Source: Octopus bimaculoides
Lineage: Eukaryota
Assembly (NCBI RefSeq): GCF_001194135.2
Contig: NC_068981.1
Coordinates: forward strand, 41,741,752 to 41,805,751
Direction of reading: 5' to 3'
Length of the DNA: 64,000 bases
A program made the translations under genes and the position numbers. Shown here piece after piece: positions 49,500 to 62,639 of this stretch. How positions within the stretch are numbered: the stretch's first letter is position 1; each line of letters begins with the position of its first letter. Under the pieces are notes generated by a model. It had not been told where the DNA came from, ran no database searches, and was given only the letters and a program-made list of their open reading frames with translations.

Positions 49500-52400
49500 T
49501 CGTTAGATTTTCTGCCTTTATTCAGTGCATTTAAAGACAGGTGCACTTTAAGAAATATTTAATGCAGCGTTGTTTTCATTAGCAGCGCTCACGCAGCTAA
49601 AAGTGCACGACTTTGCCGAGGTGAACTTGCTATGAATTTAAAGGTGAACTGTGAATATCATGGCAGTTTACAAGTTTAAACCTATCAATAGCTTCATGAT
49701 TTGTCTACAAACAAGAAGCGATTTGAATACTTTAAAACGAATTGAAAAATATTTTTTCATGTCTGTTGGTTAACCTTACGATATAAAGTGGAGAGAGGCA
49801 CAGAGAGAGAGAGATGTATAAGCAATCTTAGTTGCTGAGGAATTTAGTAAAATAACTTTATTATTGAGCTGGTGTTTGTTACAGATTAAGAAAATTTTGA
49901 TGGAAGATTCTATTTTAGATTACTTTAAAACAGTAACTTTGATTCATAGAACCAAGACGGTATCAAAAGGGTTAAATTGAGCTCGATATGCAATAAGTCT
50001 TCGAATAAAAGAAGATCGATATTTTGTGATCGCACATCAATAGTACATTAGTTTATCAATGAGAGTGACAAATAGATAGATTTCTGCTTTCTACTTCTCA
50101 TTCGTAATTAAGAAGTATTTAATGACAAGTAAATACAATTTTAATTGTATTCAGTATATTAAAACTGTAACCTCCGTCTAGGATGTTAGCAGAAGATATA
50201 ACGAAGGTTAAGGAGAGAATAAAAATGCCAAGGTCAAAAAGGGAGGAGATATATTTTTGTGGAAAAGCACGTAGACGAATGAAGCGTGTATAAATTTTCA
50301 TACTAATGTGATAAATAAATTCGGTATGTCTAACTGTAAGGTATTACACTTTCGGGTTTTGGTTAGGAAAATACTCATAACTTACACAGATTATATATAT
50401 ATATATATTGTATGCAATGTATTTTTTTCAGGAAGAACATTACTAGATATATAACATTCAAAAAGAGTTTCTTTCTAAATACTGTTTTGACATATATGTC
50501 ACCGTTTTCTCCCACATATCTGTTCGTTTTTTTGATAATCAATCCTGCTCATTTTCATATTTAAATATATAAATACTTTTTGTAAAACCTCAGCTAACAA
50601 TCAAAATTAAACGCTGTTCAAACGGTATGTATATTATCTCTGAAACACTAAATGAAAATGAAGGAGTGAACAGGGTCCGAAAGTTTGAACTTGATCTCAT
50701 TTAGCACGAGGCACTGATTAAAAATTCGTTACGTTTCACGAACATTGGCTTTTGGAAAAGTACCCAACTTATAGAAATTTCTTTTTACATATAAAGCAAT
50801 TTCCATTTTTTCATTTTATTAACTCCTACAATAGTATAGTCAAATTATGAAATGATTTATTTGAACCGCATTTAATAGTGTTTATAGCCTAAGTATAAAG
50901 GAGGGGATAAAGTAGAATTTGAAGAAACTAGCGATGATCTGCATCAGCAAAAACAGCTAGTTAATACATCCCTTGAAATAGATGTATGTTGTGAGTAGAG
51001 GGCCCTTCTGAAAACCTGAAAATATTTACGAAGGTAGTAACGGACAGGAATATTTCGTAAATACATGTGGCTTACGTAATAACAAATGTAAACGGAAGTG
51101 CATACTATGTGATCAATGAGGATAATAAACACACCAGAAAACTAGAAAATGGTATATGTTAAAGTGTTAAGTTACTTTTAGTCAATCACAAACTTTTTAT
51201 TAATAGAAAATCTTTGAGAAATGATTTAAAACATTAAGTCGTATTTGAGCAAAACAACGTATTAACGAACATGCTTTGTAGTCGACATAAACACTACGCA
51301 AATGAAACTATATCGTCATTAAACATATAGTGTAATAACAAATGAAATAACATATGTGATTACTAGATGTAAATTTCTAGATAAAGAAACCATGTAATTA
51401 ATAAGCTATTAAAAAAATCAATTCTAATTTTACTGACCATGGATCACGTGCATACTCCTCCATTGCTGTCAGAAAAGGGGGTGCAACTCAAAATTGGCTT
51501 TATTGCTGGAACGAACAACTTTTAGTGAAACGAAACGTTTTAAGTATTTTATGGTAATTTATCAAAAGATAGGATTCACTAGCTCTGTTAATTATTTCAG
51601 CATTAAACATGCATACAACAGCTAAAATATCGGTGTATGCCAATTTAATTAATTTGAATAAAAATATTTAGCGTTGAATTAAAATATAAATATCAGTCTT
51701 AACTCTTAAAAACCATGTTGGTAACTTCCCTATTGCTGCCAATTTCCTGGGAAGCACCCATAGAAACGGTTTACGCGTCTCTTTCTCTCTCAGATCAAAT
51801 CACACTAGACTGTAAATGATAATGTATCGCACGAATGAGCGCAAGTAAACTCAGTTTTAATTGACAACTGATTATAAGCTTTCCATAGTGATTGAGGTAA
51901 AGAAGCATTCATTAATCATTTATCCTTTTAACCCTTGCAGATGGTTCGATGTTTATGAGGAAGAAAATTAATTACACTTGCTTAGAATAGGAGAAGTTAC
52001 TTGTATTAGATTATAATCGTATCGAGGGTTAGATTTATTTCTCATCCGCTATATATTACAGAAAAGTGAGTTTAGGATCAGCTCTGCATCTCCACAATAC
52101 TAGAGTTCGATATTGATTGATATCCTAACGTTTGTTGATCGGCTTCAGATCAACCTTATTGAACAAACCTTTCATCAAAGTTTTTCAGCCGCAACCATCA
52201 AATATTCTTAGGCATACATGTATTCAGAACTACTTCCCTCAACTCTCGTTTCAGATAATGATATCTAGAAAGAATTTTCAAAATTAGTTTTCCCTTGATT
52301 TGGAGAGAATATTAAAATAAGTAATTTATTCAATTTTCAATTTGATTTTAAAACCTTTATTCTTTGTGTACAGTTTATTTATCTGCTACCATCTTACATA

Positions 52401-52550
52401 TGATACTAAAACAGGGTAAACATATTTTATGCGATTCACAAAGATGTTGATCATCAACACCATCGTAAACTTTGTCAACGTTGTTTTAACGTTTATGTTT
52501 TGATGCTGTCAGGAGTTGAATAGGTTTGTTATACTGCATAGTCTCCACAT
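49500..52550 (-). promoter_or_regulatory. CpG-retaining domain over the TIM17 promoter and intron 1
   Basis: CG dinucleotides are visibly more frequent than in flanking gene bodies (by eye); the domain contains the TIM17 ATG and an ETS-like CGGAAGTG at 51093-51100. Confidence 0.55.
51438..51463 (-). CDS. TIMM17: TIM17 (mitochondrial import inner membrane translocase Tim17) exon 1, 26 nt
   Basis: ATG GAG GAG TAT GCA CGT GAT CCA TG|gtcagt = MEEYARDP(C). Confidence 0.95.
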
Positions 52551-53264
52551 CGTGTTATCTGATATGTGAAACCCATAGGCTAAACAACAGTGCATCTGGC
52601 ATGTGTTCTTTGCAATTTTTTTGTTTACGTAAGAAAAGAAACCCAGAATAAATCCCTGAGGTTTTTCTTCTAGATAACGGTAAGTTTGATGCAGTTGATG
52701 TCAATGTTTGCAAGAAACCTGTAAGAGAAGATTGGAATTCTGTCGAGGAAGAACTGGATGAAATGCTTCGTGCAAGGTTCTGGAAGTAAAAAAAATTAAA
52801 GCAAAGATGGATAGGTCTGGGTGGGGAGGGTGTACATCCAGTTAGTTCAGATGTCATTGTAGTTATGATGGAAAAGGCTAACTGAGAAAATAGTCTCTGA
52901 ATTAGTGGTTGTTAACATGGTTGAATTGTAAGCCTATCAGATGACTTTAGATGCTGTTAAGGATGTTTGAGTGTATAGCAACAGTAGCAGTGTATCATAA
53001 ATGTGAACAGGTCTTCACTGTAGGCTTTGAGATTTGTAGGTCAGCAACTTATTAAATCTGAAGTATTTCTTTATTTTAAAAATATAATTGATACAGTTTT
53101 GACTATGTTGTATATGCACAATCACCATCAAAGATCTCAGAGACAGTGAATCCTAGCATTTTTAGTGACATTAGTTGTGTGTTGTTTATAACCAGAGATG
53201 GTGAGATCTAGATTGTTTCCTGACTGGCTCTCGTGCTGGTGGTACACAGTAAGCCCCATGCATG

Positions 53265-53540
53265 CGTGGCTCGTTGTCAGTGTCACCTGACTGGCTCCCC
53301 GTGCCGGTGGAACGTAAAAAGCACCATCCGAACGTGACCGATGCCAGTGCCGCCTGACTGGCTCCCGTGCCTGTGGCACGTAAAAAGCACCCACTACACT
53401 CCCGGAGTGGTTAGGAAGGGCATCCAGCTATAGAAACACTGCCAGATCAGATTGGAGCCTGGTGTGACCTCCTGGCTTGCCAGTCCCCAGTCAAACCATT
53501 CCAGCATAGAAAACGGACGGTAAACAATGATAATGACGAT
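53265..53540 (+). repeat. RTE 3'UTR/tail copy
   Basis: Two 'ggcacgtaaaaagcacc' modules followed by ttaggaagggcatccagct. Confidence 0.88.
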
Positions 53541-53996
53541 GTATACAACAGGCTTCTTTCAGTCTGTCTACTAAATTTACTCACAAGGCTTTGGTTGGCC
53601 TGGGCTATTTTACAAGACACTGGCTCAAGGTGTCATGTACTGGGACTGAACCTGTAACCATGTGGTTTGGAAGTAAGCTCCTCAATCACACAACCATACC
53701 TGTGGCTATATATTGATAACTTCTTGTCAGCTGAGAAGATCTATTAAGACTGAAACATATCTGATGCTTTCATCAGTTGGCTTAAAGAGCACATCTTACT
53801 ACATATATACATATATGTATGTGTGTGTGTGTATGTATGAAATTTTGAATTTAGTTCACGGACCCCCATTACTACCTTTGTGGATCACTCTGCTAGATGG
53901 TAAGGGTTCGCTCCCCCTGCTACCAATATATATTGTATATAGAGGGTGCAGCATTGCCCTGATAACCAGCTGGCAGACAATCTGCCTAGGGTTAAA

Positions 53997-54300
53997 CTAG
54001 TAGTAACAGAACGGCCACTTTGAAGTGGCGAACAACTTTGTTAGGATAGTTACTACTATGAACTCGAGATTTTACTAGCTATTCTTATAGGAGTTATCTC
54101 CCTTCCTCATCAATTTTAGGGTTACCCTCACCTCTTAAAATTTTTTTATGCTAATTGTTTGATAATCGCACTTTTTTAGCTCACAATATTACATATGTAA
54201 GACCCTATCGTATTTAAAGCGTCAATGGTAGCCATAATGAATAATGTTGTTTAAGTGGAGAGATCAAAGGGGTTTTTTGCATATGGTGACTGTGTATGTA
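53997..54300 (-). mobile_element. Helitron-like 3' terminus
   Basis: On the minus strand: perfect hairpin GCCACTT-CA-AAGTGGC (54014-54029), 13 nt, then CTAG|T at 53997. The 5' extent is uncertain. Confidence 0.5.
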
Positions 54301-55498
54301 GTGGTGAGATAGAGCTCGAGAAGTATTCCAGTCATTGTCTTTTTGAGCTTTTGAGACAAAATCCCACCCTATTGAAAGTTAATTAGGCTGAAAAAATTCT
54401 TATCTTAACAGTTAATTGACACTCGTGCAATAGATGTGGTTTTTGAGCTCTGGTGAGGATTTCGTAATTTAATGTAGGCCAAAATAATTGACAAATGAAT
54501 TGTGTCATTTCTGGGTCTTTACTGTTATCTTTGGTAAACCTATTTTACATCGCATTTAAATACTTTTTACTGTGAACTTTAAAGAGGCAGTCCTACATGC
54601 TTCAGCTGAATGGAAGATGACTTGTCTGATTCATCTAATTACTAACTGATCTCATCTGTTACCACTAAAACACAAACTGTCTCCAAGGATTGGGCAGCTA
54701 TCATTAATACATATTTAAATTTTCTTACGCCACCTATCTACTTGTTTTATTGACACCCATTACTTTCTCATTTCTTGGAAGACCCTAAATTAAACAATTT
54801 TATAATCTGCCATAAGAACAGAATGACATCTCTGAAATTTCTTCCCACATTTTCTGAATATTAATCTGTACTTCATCTAAGCATAACTTGGCCTAGGAGA
54901 CCACATGGGAATAGAATGTCTAGTGTTACCCCTTAAAATAGTTTAAATACATCTAATGCTGACTGATGTCATACATTTATTTATTGAATTAATGAAATAT
55001 GCAATTTAGACTAGTAACTCTGGGAGAAAAAACCTAATTTTAAAGTCATTCAAATCCTTTAAGAAGAAACTAAGACAAATTGTGTATATTTTCTTTGCTA
55101 TCATTATTACCATAATAGCTAGTTGATAGTGTTGTGTTCTGACTGTACTGTGGATTGTGCTTGTATCAGAAATCATGGAATACACTGGAAATGGTAAGGT
55201 CAGATCTAACTATCTGAGACCTTACAAACAATTACGGTATAGGATGAAGACAATTGGATATTAGCTAAAGTGTAAACACATATAATGGAAAAAAAAATTA
55301 AAATAGTGATACTGAATAAAAACAACCAATGTCAAACAACCACATTAAATATAATTTTAAGTTTACATACACATAGAAATTTTCTGGAATGAAAATGTAT
55401 TGTAAATTTAATTTTTTTAAAAACAGCTTTCATAGCAAAACATAACAAAGAAGTATTTTTGATAAAAGCAATTTAATTTTTCCATAGTTTTTAAATGG

Positions 55499-55736
55499 TT
55501 AAAATTCTATATTGATTTGACCAGATTTAGGATGAAAAGTTAAAGTGACAGCAAATTTCCCATTAGAGGTAGCATCAATAGGTTGGTTAAGCAAATGAAC
55601 TCCTTGGCGTGTGTGTTTATCCCAAGTAACATAGCCATCTGATGCTTTCTCTTCAGAGTTTGTTATGCCTGTACTAATCGTTACGTTACCATATTGGAAT
55701 TCTACCCAGAATGCAATACCATTGCATGTTCCAGTT
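55499..55736 (-). CDS. PRMT7: PRMT7 last coding exon, 238 nt, ends TAA
   Basis: Phase-2 acceptor matches the upstream AG|. TGTCNGIAFWVEF...STG...WDKHTRQGVHLL...FHPKSGQINIEF* resembles human AAVLWMEY...STG...WNPHCKQAVYF...FHPDTGDIIMEF. Confidence 0.93.
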
Positions 55737-56273
55737 CTGAAGTGGAGAAAAAAAAGAATATAAATAAATATGAAAAAAAAAAAATGCAGCTACGATTTTT
55801 ACATATACATGAAGTTAAAATGCTGTATTACTGACCCTACAGTCATGTGTTCAAACTCTACTATAATTATTCCATTGTGTTCAGGTCTCATAACTAAGGG
55901 GTTAAAATATTAGATAAGTCACATGGACTCATTTGACATTTTATCTAATGGTATTTGTGTGATTGTTATCATATAAGCTCTTCCTTTTTCCAAAGATGGT
56001 AAACTATTATTGAAAGAAAATCTTATTGCTGTTTCTAGCAGATCCAGAGGCCACACAGAGGCTCCCCTCCTGTGTGAACCCTTCACATAGTTTTCAGTTC
56101 AGCAAGTACAGTATAAAGCATTTAAGAACACAAGACAATGTTTGAACTTATGAACCTTACTAATTTTAATGATATAAATAATTTCAGTATATAACAATAA
56201 TATTAATTATAAAATACTGACATTATATAATGACAGAAAACATTGTCAGTATATAATGGCGAAAATTACTCAC

Positions 56274-56431
56274 CTGGTAAATGTTAGTGTGTGTTCCTTA
56301 TACACTTTATTCTCTTTAAAAATGGAAGAAAGATCAAAAGAAGCAATTTCAAGAGGTTCAGAAAGTGCTTTGCCTAGATATTCCCAGAGTACTTCAGCTT
56401 CAATATTTCGGTCAACTCTGAGTGAGGAATC
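56274..56431 (-). CDS. PRMT7: PRMT7 penultimate exon, 158 nt
   Basis: AG/GTGAGT flanks. DSSLRVDRNIEAEVLWEYLGKALSEPLEIASFDL... resembles human [26 protein letters not shown]. Confidence 0.93.
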
Positions 56432-57581
56432 CTACAATTAAAATAAGATAATTCACACAAGATGCATGCGCGTGTGTGGAAACTGTCCTAAGATGTGCAA
56501 TCAGACAAATATCTTCCGTCAGTCACTTACCATATCCTGAATGTATTGCTTAAAGTTTTGATGTATAGTAGTTGACTTAGTAGAAAGCCCACAAGATTAT
56601 CAACCATCTTTCTAAGGATAACTTTGGCCACCTTTTGGAATTCAATATTTCTATCACGCATGGACAGTGCTTACCAAATCAAAAAACAGTGCAACATCCA
56701 TGACTTTTAGAAACATTTTTTGACACTCAGATTTGTTGAAACTACCAATGTCTGGTGTTGGCTGTCAGGACACAGCACACTTTATATGTCTGCTTTCTGC
56801 CTCTTTTTTTAACCTCTTTTTATGAGCTGTAGTGCACCTGAATACTGTATATAAGAAGCTTGTTGTTGTTGTTGTTGTTATTATTATCAAAAAGGTGGTG
56901 AGCTGGCAGAATTGTTAGTATGCTGGACGAAATGCTTAGCAGCATTTCATCTGTCTATGTTCTGAGTTCAAATTCTTTTGAGGTTGACTTTGTCCTTCAT
57001 CCCTCTCAGGATTATTATTATTATTAAAATTTCCTTTTAATTTAATATGAATTCAACTAATATCTAATATACTTAAGTATAAGAATCTAAGTAACATACT
57101 GGACATCTTAACCATCAATATTTTAACTTCACTTCAATTACAAGCACAAGCTACAAAAAAAAAAGTTAGTCTTTATTAAATATAAAAAAATTCTTTTCTT
57201 GGCTTATGAAAATGTTTCTTTAAAGGTCATATGATAAATGTTGAAGTAACACTTCATAAAAACAACATATATTATAAACAACTTGGATATATTCAAATTT
57301 TGTAGCAGTCTTTAGGATTAAGTGATTAAATGGCAAAAGCACTTTTATAACATTCTTTATAGAAGAACAAATAGGATAGTAAACTCCCAATTAATATCAG
57401 CAAGAGCTGAGTTATTTGTTTTACATTATGTTCAGTGCTTTGTTTATTGTTTCAATAATACATGGTAGTGACTTTGATGTAAAAGCTAAATTAACCCTCA
57501 AAAAATAAATAATGAGGCAAGATCTATAATAAAATAAAAAGTGACATACATACAATGGTTTTTAAAAAAGAAGATTCTTAC

Positions 57582-57806
57582 CTCAATCATAGAATCAAAT
57601 TCCTCTAAACAAAATCCTTCACATGTTTTTACTGCTGAACGAATCTTTGAAAGGTCTCTAAATTGCATGGCCATTCCAAAGATTTTCATTTTGTTGGGGT
57701 AACATGCAAGTGTGGAAGACAATTCGCTGAGGATGTACCAGAAATGCAAATTATGCCAGGGCAGCAGGCAAGAATTAAAACTTGGTTCTCCTATGGCGAT
57801 ATCAAC
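57582..57806 (-). CDS. PRMT7: PRMT7 exon, 225 nt
   Basis: AG/GTAAGA flanks. VDIAIGEPSFNSCLLPWHNLHFWY...FRDLSKIRSAVKTCEGF, containing the diagnostic GEP..LLPWHNL.FWY motif. Confidence 0.96.
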
Positions 57807-58374
57807 CTATGAGAAAATGAATGGACTAAATACATCAATGCTGTGAAACATTTATGTACATTACTGGATCCTTTTATCAATCCATAACTTATCTCCAACA
57901 GCTAACTTTTATCATCAGGCAACTACTTTGATGGTACTGATACAACTGTTTTTAACCACCTATCTGTCTGGAAGAAAGGGATATATATGTATTTATATAG
58001 TAATATGCAGGTGTTGGTGTAATATATATATGTAGTAATAAGAATGTGTTTCACTCTTGCTGATTTCTAATGATTCTCAGGCAGCAATTAAGTTATTAAT
58101 GCTGTTAACACCACCAGATTGAATAGTACTGCCCAGATGTTGAAATAATAGTGATATCTGTTTGGCAGCTGATGATAGGAATGTATATTTAATATGCTTG
58201 TTTGTTAATTTATTTTATCTCCTGGGGCTTTATTATTCTGAATTGTCCTTCATTCTCATAGATTTGAAAGTGTTTGTGGATTCATGATTTATGGTAATTA
58301 CTTATATTGATATTGGTTAATTTATTTCATAGATAATCTTATAAGGCTTAGTATAACACTTAGATAGCACTAGT

Positions 58375-58408
<34 letters not shown>

Positions 58409-59022
58409 CAATGCTCTTAGCTTAGACTTTTTTGGGGAAACTATATCAAACCATCTCAAGTGTAACTGCCCGAAACAGTCGTGACTTCTGGTACTTGACT
58501 GAGGAAAGAGGGCCATGAATGACCCATCTTTTTTTACCTGTCCTTCTCTCATCCGCTTTTGTATTGTCATTCTGTCTGAATGTTTCATCATCCTCTATTG
58601 AGTTTTTGTTCCATCTTTATATTGATATATATATTAAAGAATTGCAGATGACTTAAGACCATAAAAATAGTGAAAGTGAGGAGGGGCAGGAGAACAGGAA
58701 GTGTGGGTGGGTGGGCAAAGATTGCAAGAGTGTATGGGAAAGTAAGAGATTGGTAGAGATAGAGAAGGATTGAGAGAGGAATATAATCAAGAACGTGTTG
58801 AGAGATAAGTAGTGAAAGAGAAAGGATAGGAGGAAGACAGGGAGAGAAGACATGATTGGGTAAGTTGTAAGAGGGCAGGTGTAGTGAATGGGGGGGGGGG
58901 GGAGAAAAAATGGAGAGATGTTGTGGAGGAGAATGTGAGCAAGGATAAAAACTGAGAAGGGAAAAGAAGGAAATATAATGAAGAAACAACAAAGGAGAAA
59001 ATTATAGAATTTATAATTTTAC

Positions 59023-59151
59023 CTTCATTAAATCAAACTGCTGCTTTGTAGGTATTTTGTCTAATAATGTGATAACACCTTCAGCATTGTTACTTTTAAT
59101 AAAACTCTCTATGATTTGATGATTGTGTTTATGGGTTTCAACAGCAAAAAC
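59023..59151 (-). CDS. PRMT7: PRMT7 exon, 129 nt
   Basis: AG/GT flanks, phase 0/0. VFAVETHKHNHQIIESFIKSNNAEGVITLLDKIPTKQQFDLMK resembles human VFTVE...KANHLEDKINIIEK. Confidence 0.9.
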
Positions 59152-60316
59152 CTGATATAAATAGAAGTTAAAATGCAAATTAAAATGACATTATACATAA
59201 TAAACACTTAATGAAATAGGAAACAGACCCACTGACTTGAACCGTATTACCATTGATACTTTAATAATGTCTAATTATACCCAGAGTGCCTAGTGTTCAG
59301 TTTCTCATATATTATGTACTTAAATTTAATTTTTCTCCCCAAAATAATTTGGCAAATTACTTAGCATAGAGTTATAATTACATACATAATTATCATCATA
59401 TATTTAATATAGTGGAATGAGTGGGGGCAGGGAAACAGGAATTATGAGTAGTGGTAGAGACAATGAAGGGGTGAAATGGAGAATATAATAAAGAACACAT
59501 GCACACACACACACTTAAATGTTCTCTGGACAAATTTTTCCAAAAAGTCCCTACACTTGGATATGTCTCTAACAGTAATAACTCTTTGCTAGAGTGGGCC
59601 ATGGTGTCCCATATATAACTGAGGTCTGAATCATGATCTAAAAGGTTTCACCAGGTGGTGCTATTAAGTTAGATATGATCTGGGCCTATACTGGCCAAAA
59701 CTTATCTAAGTTATATTCTATACAAACATAGAATGGTGATAGCTGCAATATATCCATCTCAGACTTTACTTGAGAGATTTTGTGTTTATAACAAAATACT
59801 ACATCTTGTGCAGTTGTACATTTGGATATACATTATAAATGTTATACCCATCATTTCATGTGTGTGTGTGTATGTGGCTCTGTATATTCTTATGTCTAAC
59901 ATAATGAAATTAGACATTATTAATTCCAATGTATTTTATGAGTTCATTAATAAAACATGAATTATCAAATTAAAATGATTAGGATGTATTTGTTCAATCA
60001 GTTGTGATACTCAATATGATGTCTCCCTATTTGTTGTGCAATAGTTAAAAAAAACTGAAGCAAACAAATTAAAACAAAATGGAGATCAGGAAAGAAATAC
60101 AACCACAAAAACCGCAGGTTCAATTTCATGAGGTTATATTACTTCATCTCTGTAAAACTGATACAACATTGTGTAACTAGAACTCATTTGAGCACAGAAA
60201 AGAAAGAAGGTATTAACTGAGATAATGCCAACTGTTGTTATTAATGCATCTATGGAGGCAACAATGATAAAGATTTGATTAAAGGAAAATAAGAAACATC
60301 TTGTTATTTTCTGAAA

Positions 60317-60670
60317 TCATCATCATCGTTGTCGTTTAACGTCTGCTTTACCTACTGGCATGGGTTGGATGGTTTGACTGAGGACTGGCAAGCCAGAAGG
60401 CTGTACTAGGCTCCAATCTGATCTGGCAAAGTTTCTACAGCTGGGTGCCCTTCCTAATGCCAACCACTCCGAGAGTGTAGTGGGTGCTTTTTATGTGCCA
60501 CCAGCACAAGGGAATGTCAGGCAATACTGGCATCGACCATGCTTGAATGGTGTTTTTTACGTGCCACCAGCAGGGGAACCAGTTAGGTGGCACTGGCAAT
60601 GACCATGCTCTAATGGTGCTTTTTATGTGTCACTGGCATGGGTGCCAGTCAGGCGGCACTGGCAATCTAC
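60317..60670 (-). repeat. RTE 3'UTR/tail copy in a PRMT7 intron
   Basis: catcatcatcgt...tttaacgtc; gggtgcccttcctaatgccaacc; three 'ggtgctttttatgtgcc' modules. Confidence 0.88.
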
Positions 60671-60738
60671 AACCTAATGAAAACAAAGCATAAATAAAAC
60701 TTTATACGATTTAGAAAAACCCAGTTGTAAGCAAATAC

Positions 60739-60822
60739 CTTTTTGGCTCCTAACTTAGCAGCAATAAGAGGAATTAAAGAACCATCTCCAATAGATAGGC
60801 AAACAGTATCCTTATTGATAAC
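60739..60822 (-). CDS. PRMT7: PRMT7 exon, 84 nt
   Basis: AG/GT flanks, phase 0/0. VINKDTVCLSIGDGSLIPLIAAKLGAKK resembles human [28 protein letters not shown]. Confidence 0.93.
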
Positions 60823-61491
60823 CTGCAAAACATAGATAAAAAAATAAATAATTTGTCATTAAACTAACCATAACATCAATGAGAGTAAAGTTAGAGAATG
60901 TGAAAACCATAATCTGTAATTGAGTACTTTTGAATTAATAGCTTTATGCCCATGAATGACCTTTTTATTACTACAGTATTTTCAGTGAATTTCTATTATA
61001 AAAGAAATGAAATATGTACTGTAACTATAATCTTAATTCTCAGTGCGAACAGGGCTATAAAACACAGTTACACGCACTCTCTCTCTCTCTCACACACACA
61101 CACACAATCCAATAGAGGAGGCCCTATTCAGTTTACTCAACTTGTGTGGTTTGGGAGCCAAATCTCTCCCAAACCACACTACACTGTTCTGAAACAGGAA
61201 GAGTACATTGAATAATGTGGTCCTAGATGATAAAAAAGAAAAGAAGGATTGAAAAATAAAGCAAAAAACAAAGATGCCCACAGTTTAAATGCCTTTGGTT
61301 ACAAGATCAGGCCTGACTTGAAGTTAAACAGCAACATACACATGTAAACATGAAGACATTAATATACACACACACCAGGAAAATTATCAAGAAATATAGT
61401 CTTTGTTCACACTTTTAGATATTCCAAAATATTATAAAATTTTATGAAATTTATTAAACTAGATTTTAAAAATATTTTGGCAGAACTTTAC

Positions 61492-61621
61492 CTTCTTTAG
61501 TTCATTGACGTAAACTTGGTTCCGAACAGGGTCATTCAGCATACCTAAACGGTTTCTGCCATAAGTTAAATGTATGCCACAACTACACACAGGCAAGACA
61601 TCACTGATGGATTCTTGAGGC
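61492..61621 (-). CDS. PRMT7: PRMT7 internal exon (inter-module Zn-finger region), 130 nt
   Basis: AG at 61623-22, GT at 61491-90. Reads (R)PQESISDVLPVCSCGIHLTYGRNRLGMLNDPVRNQVYVNELKK, matching vertebrate PRMT7 'RPVCDCQAH...RFGEIND' (recalled). Confidence 0.93.
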
Positions 61622-62639
61622 CTGGTTTTAAAATAAAGAAAGCAAATCATGAAATTAACAAAACTAAGGGGTCATATTGAAAAAGAATTATATTTGTACA
61701 AAGAAAGCTTCAATAAATGATGTGAATATCTAGTTTTACAATCTGTGTAAAAGTTGTTGTTGGTTAAACCCAGGTCAGTTTTGTTAGAGGCAATCTTATC
61801 AAAGCCATTCTAGCCATGTCAACAGTGTCATTTTCCCCCCAGATGGTGTATCCAGGACTGCATAATATAACATGTCCTTCTGTATTTTAAGATAAGATGT
61901 AATTTGATGGAGATCTGGCAGCAATTTCTAACAAACTGAGCTACCATATAGAGGCATCTTTGATGGCTCATTACATAAGAATAGAAAATAAGTGTAACTC
62001 AATTAAATAAATAAAACTACTAAAAACGAAAACATATTTTAAATTGATTTAGAATCTTCTTAAATTATTGGTTTTGTGAATAAGGAAGCATCCAAGACTT
62101 TCCAGTTTCTTAAATCATTTTAGCATCTACCTTTCTATGCTTGATGGAGTTTGTTGAGGCAGATTTTCTATGGCTAATAGCCCTTCCTGTTGTCAGCCCT
62201 CACCTGTTTTCAAGCAAGGTTATATTTCACCTGAGCCAGACATTTTTTGCAGAATATTAGAAACGAACGACACTGCTTGTATGATAGTGACACTCATTTA
62301 CAACTAGCATGTAATGTCAAGACAAGGAAACATAAACATACAAGCATTTACACACACCTCTTATATGACAAACTTCTTTCAGTTTCTGCTTACCAAATCC
62401 ACTCTCAAGGCTTTGGTCAACCCAGAGCTACAGTAGAGGACACTTGCTCAAGGTGCCACACAGTGAAATTGAACCTGAAACCATGTAGCTGGGAAGCAAA
62501 GTTCTTAACCACATAGCTATGCCTGCACCTGTCATAGCCACACCTGTGACCACAGCCAAAGCAAAAGAAAAAAAAAACTCAGATCATCTGTGATATTAGG
62601 AAGTAAACTATGCCTGTTTATGAATAAATAAGTTAAATG

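Noticed and set aside
49541-49610. GTGCACTTT/AAAGTGCAC inverted repeat as a pre-miRNA
   Set aside because: Only 9 bp paired around a poorly pairing 50-nt interior.
51805-51875. C/D-box snoRNA-like ATGATAA...CTGA
   Set aside because: Imperfect C box, no convincing terminal stem, no recognisable rRNA guide.
57850-57970. Possible additional PRMT7 exon after ctttcttccag
   Set aside because: Stops in all three frames; the flanking exons already join in phase.
58660-58990. Polypurine tract with a G-run (G4/H-DNA potential)
   Set aside because: Common low-complexity intronic sequence with nothing specific.
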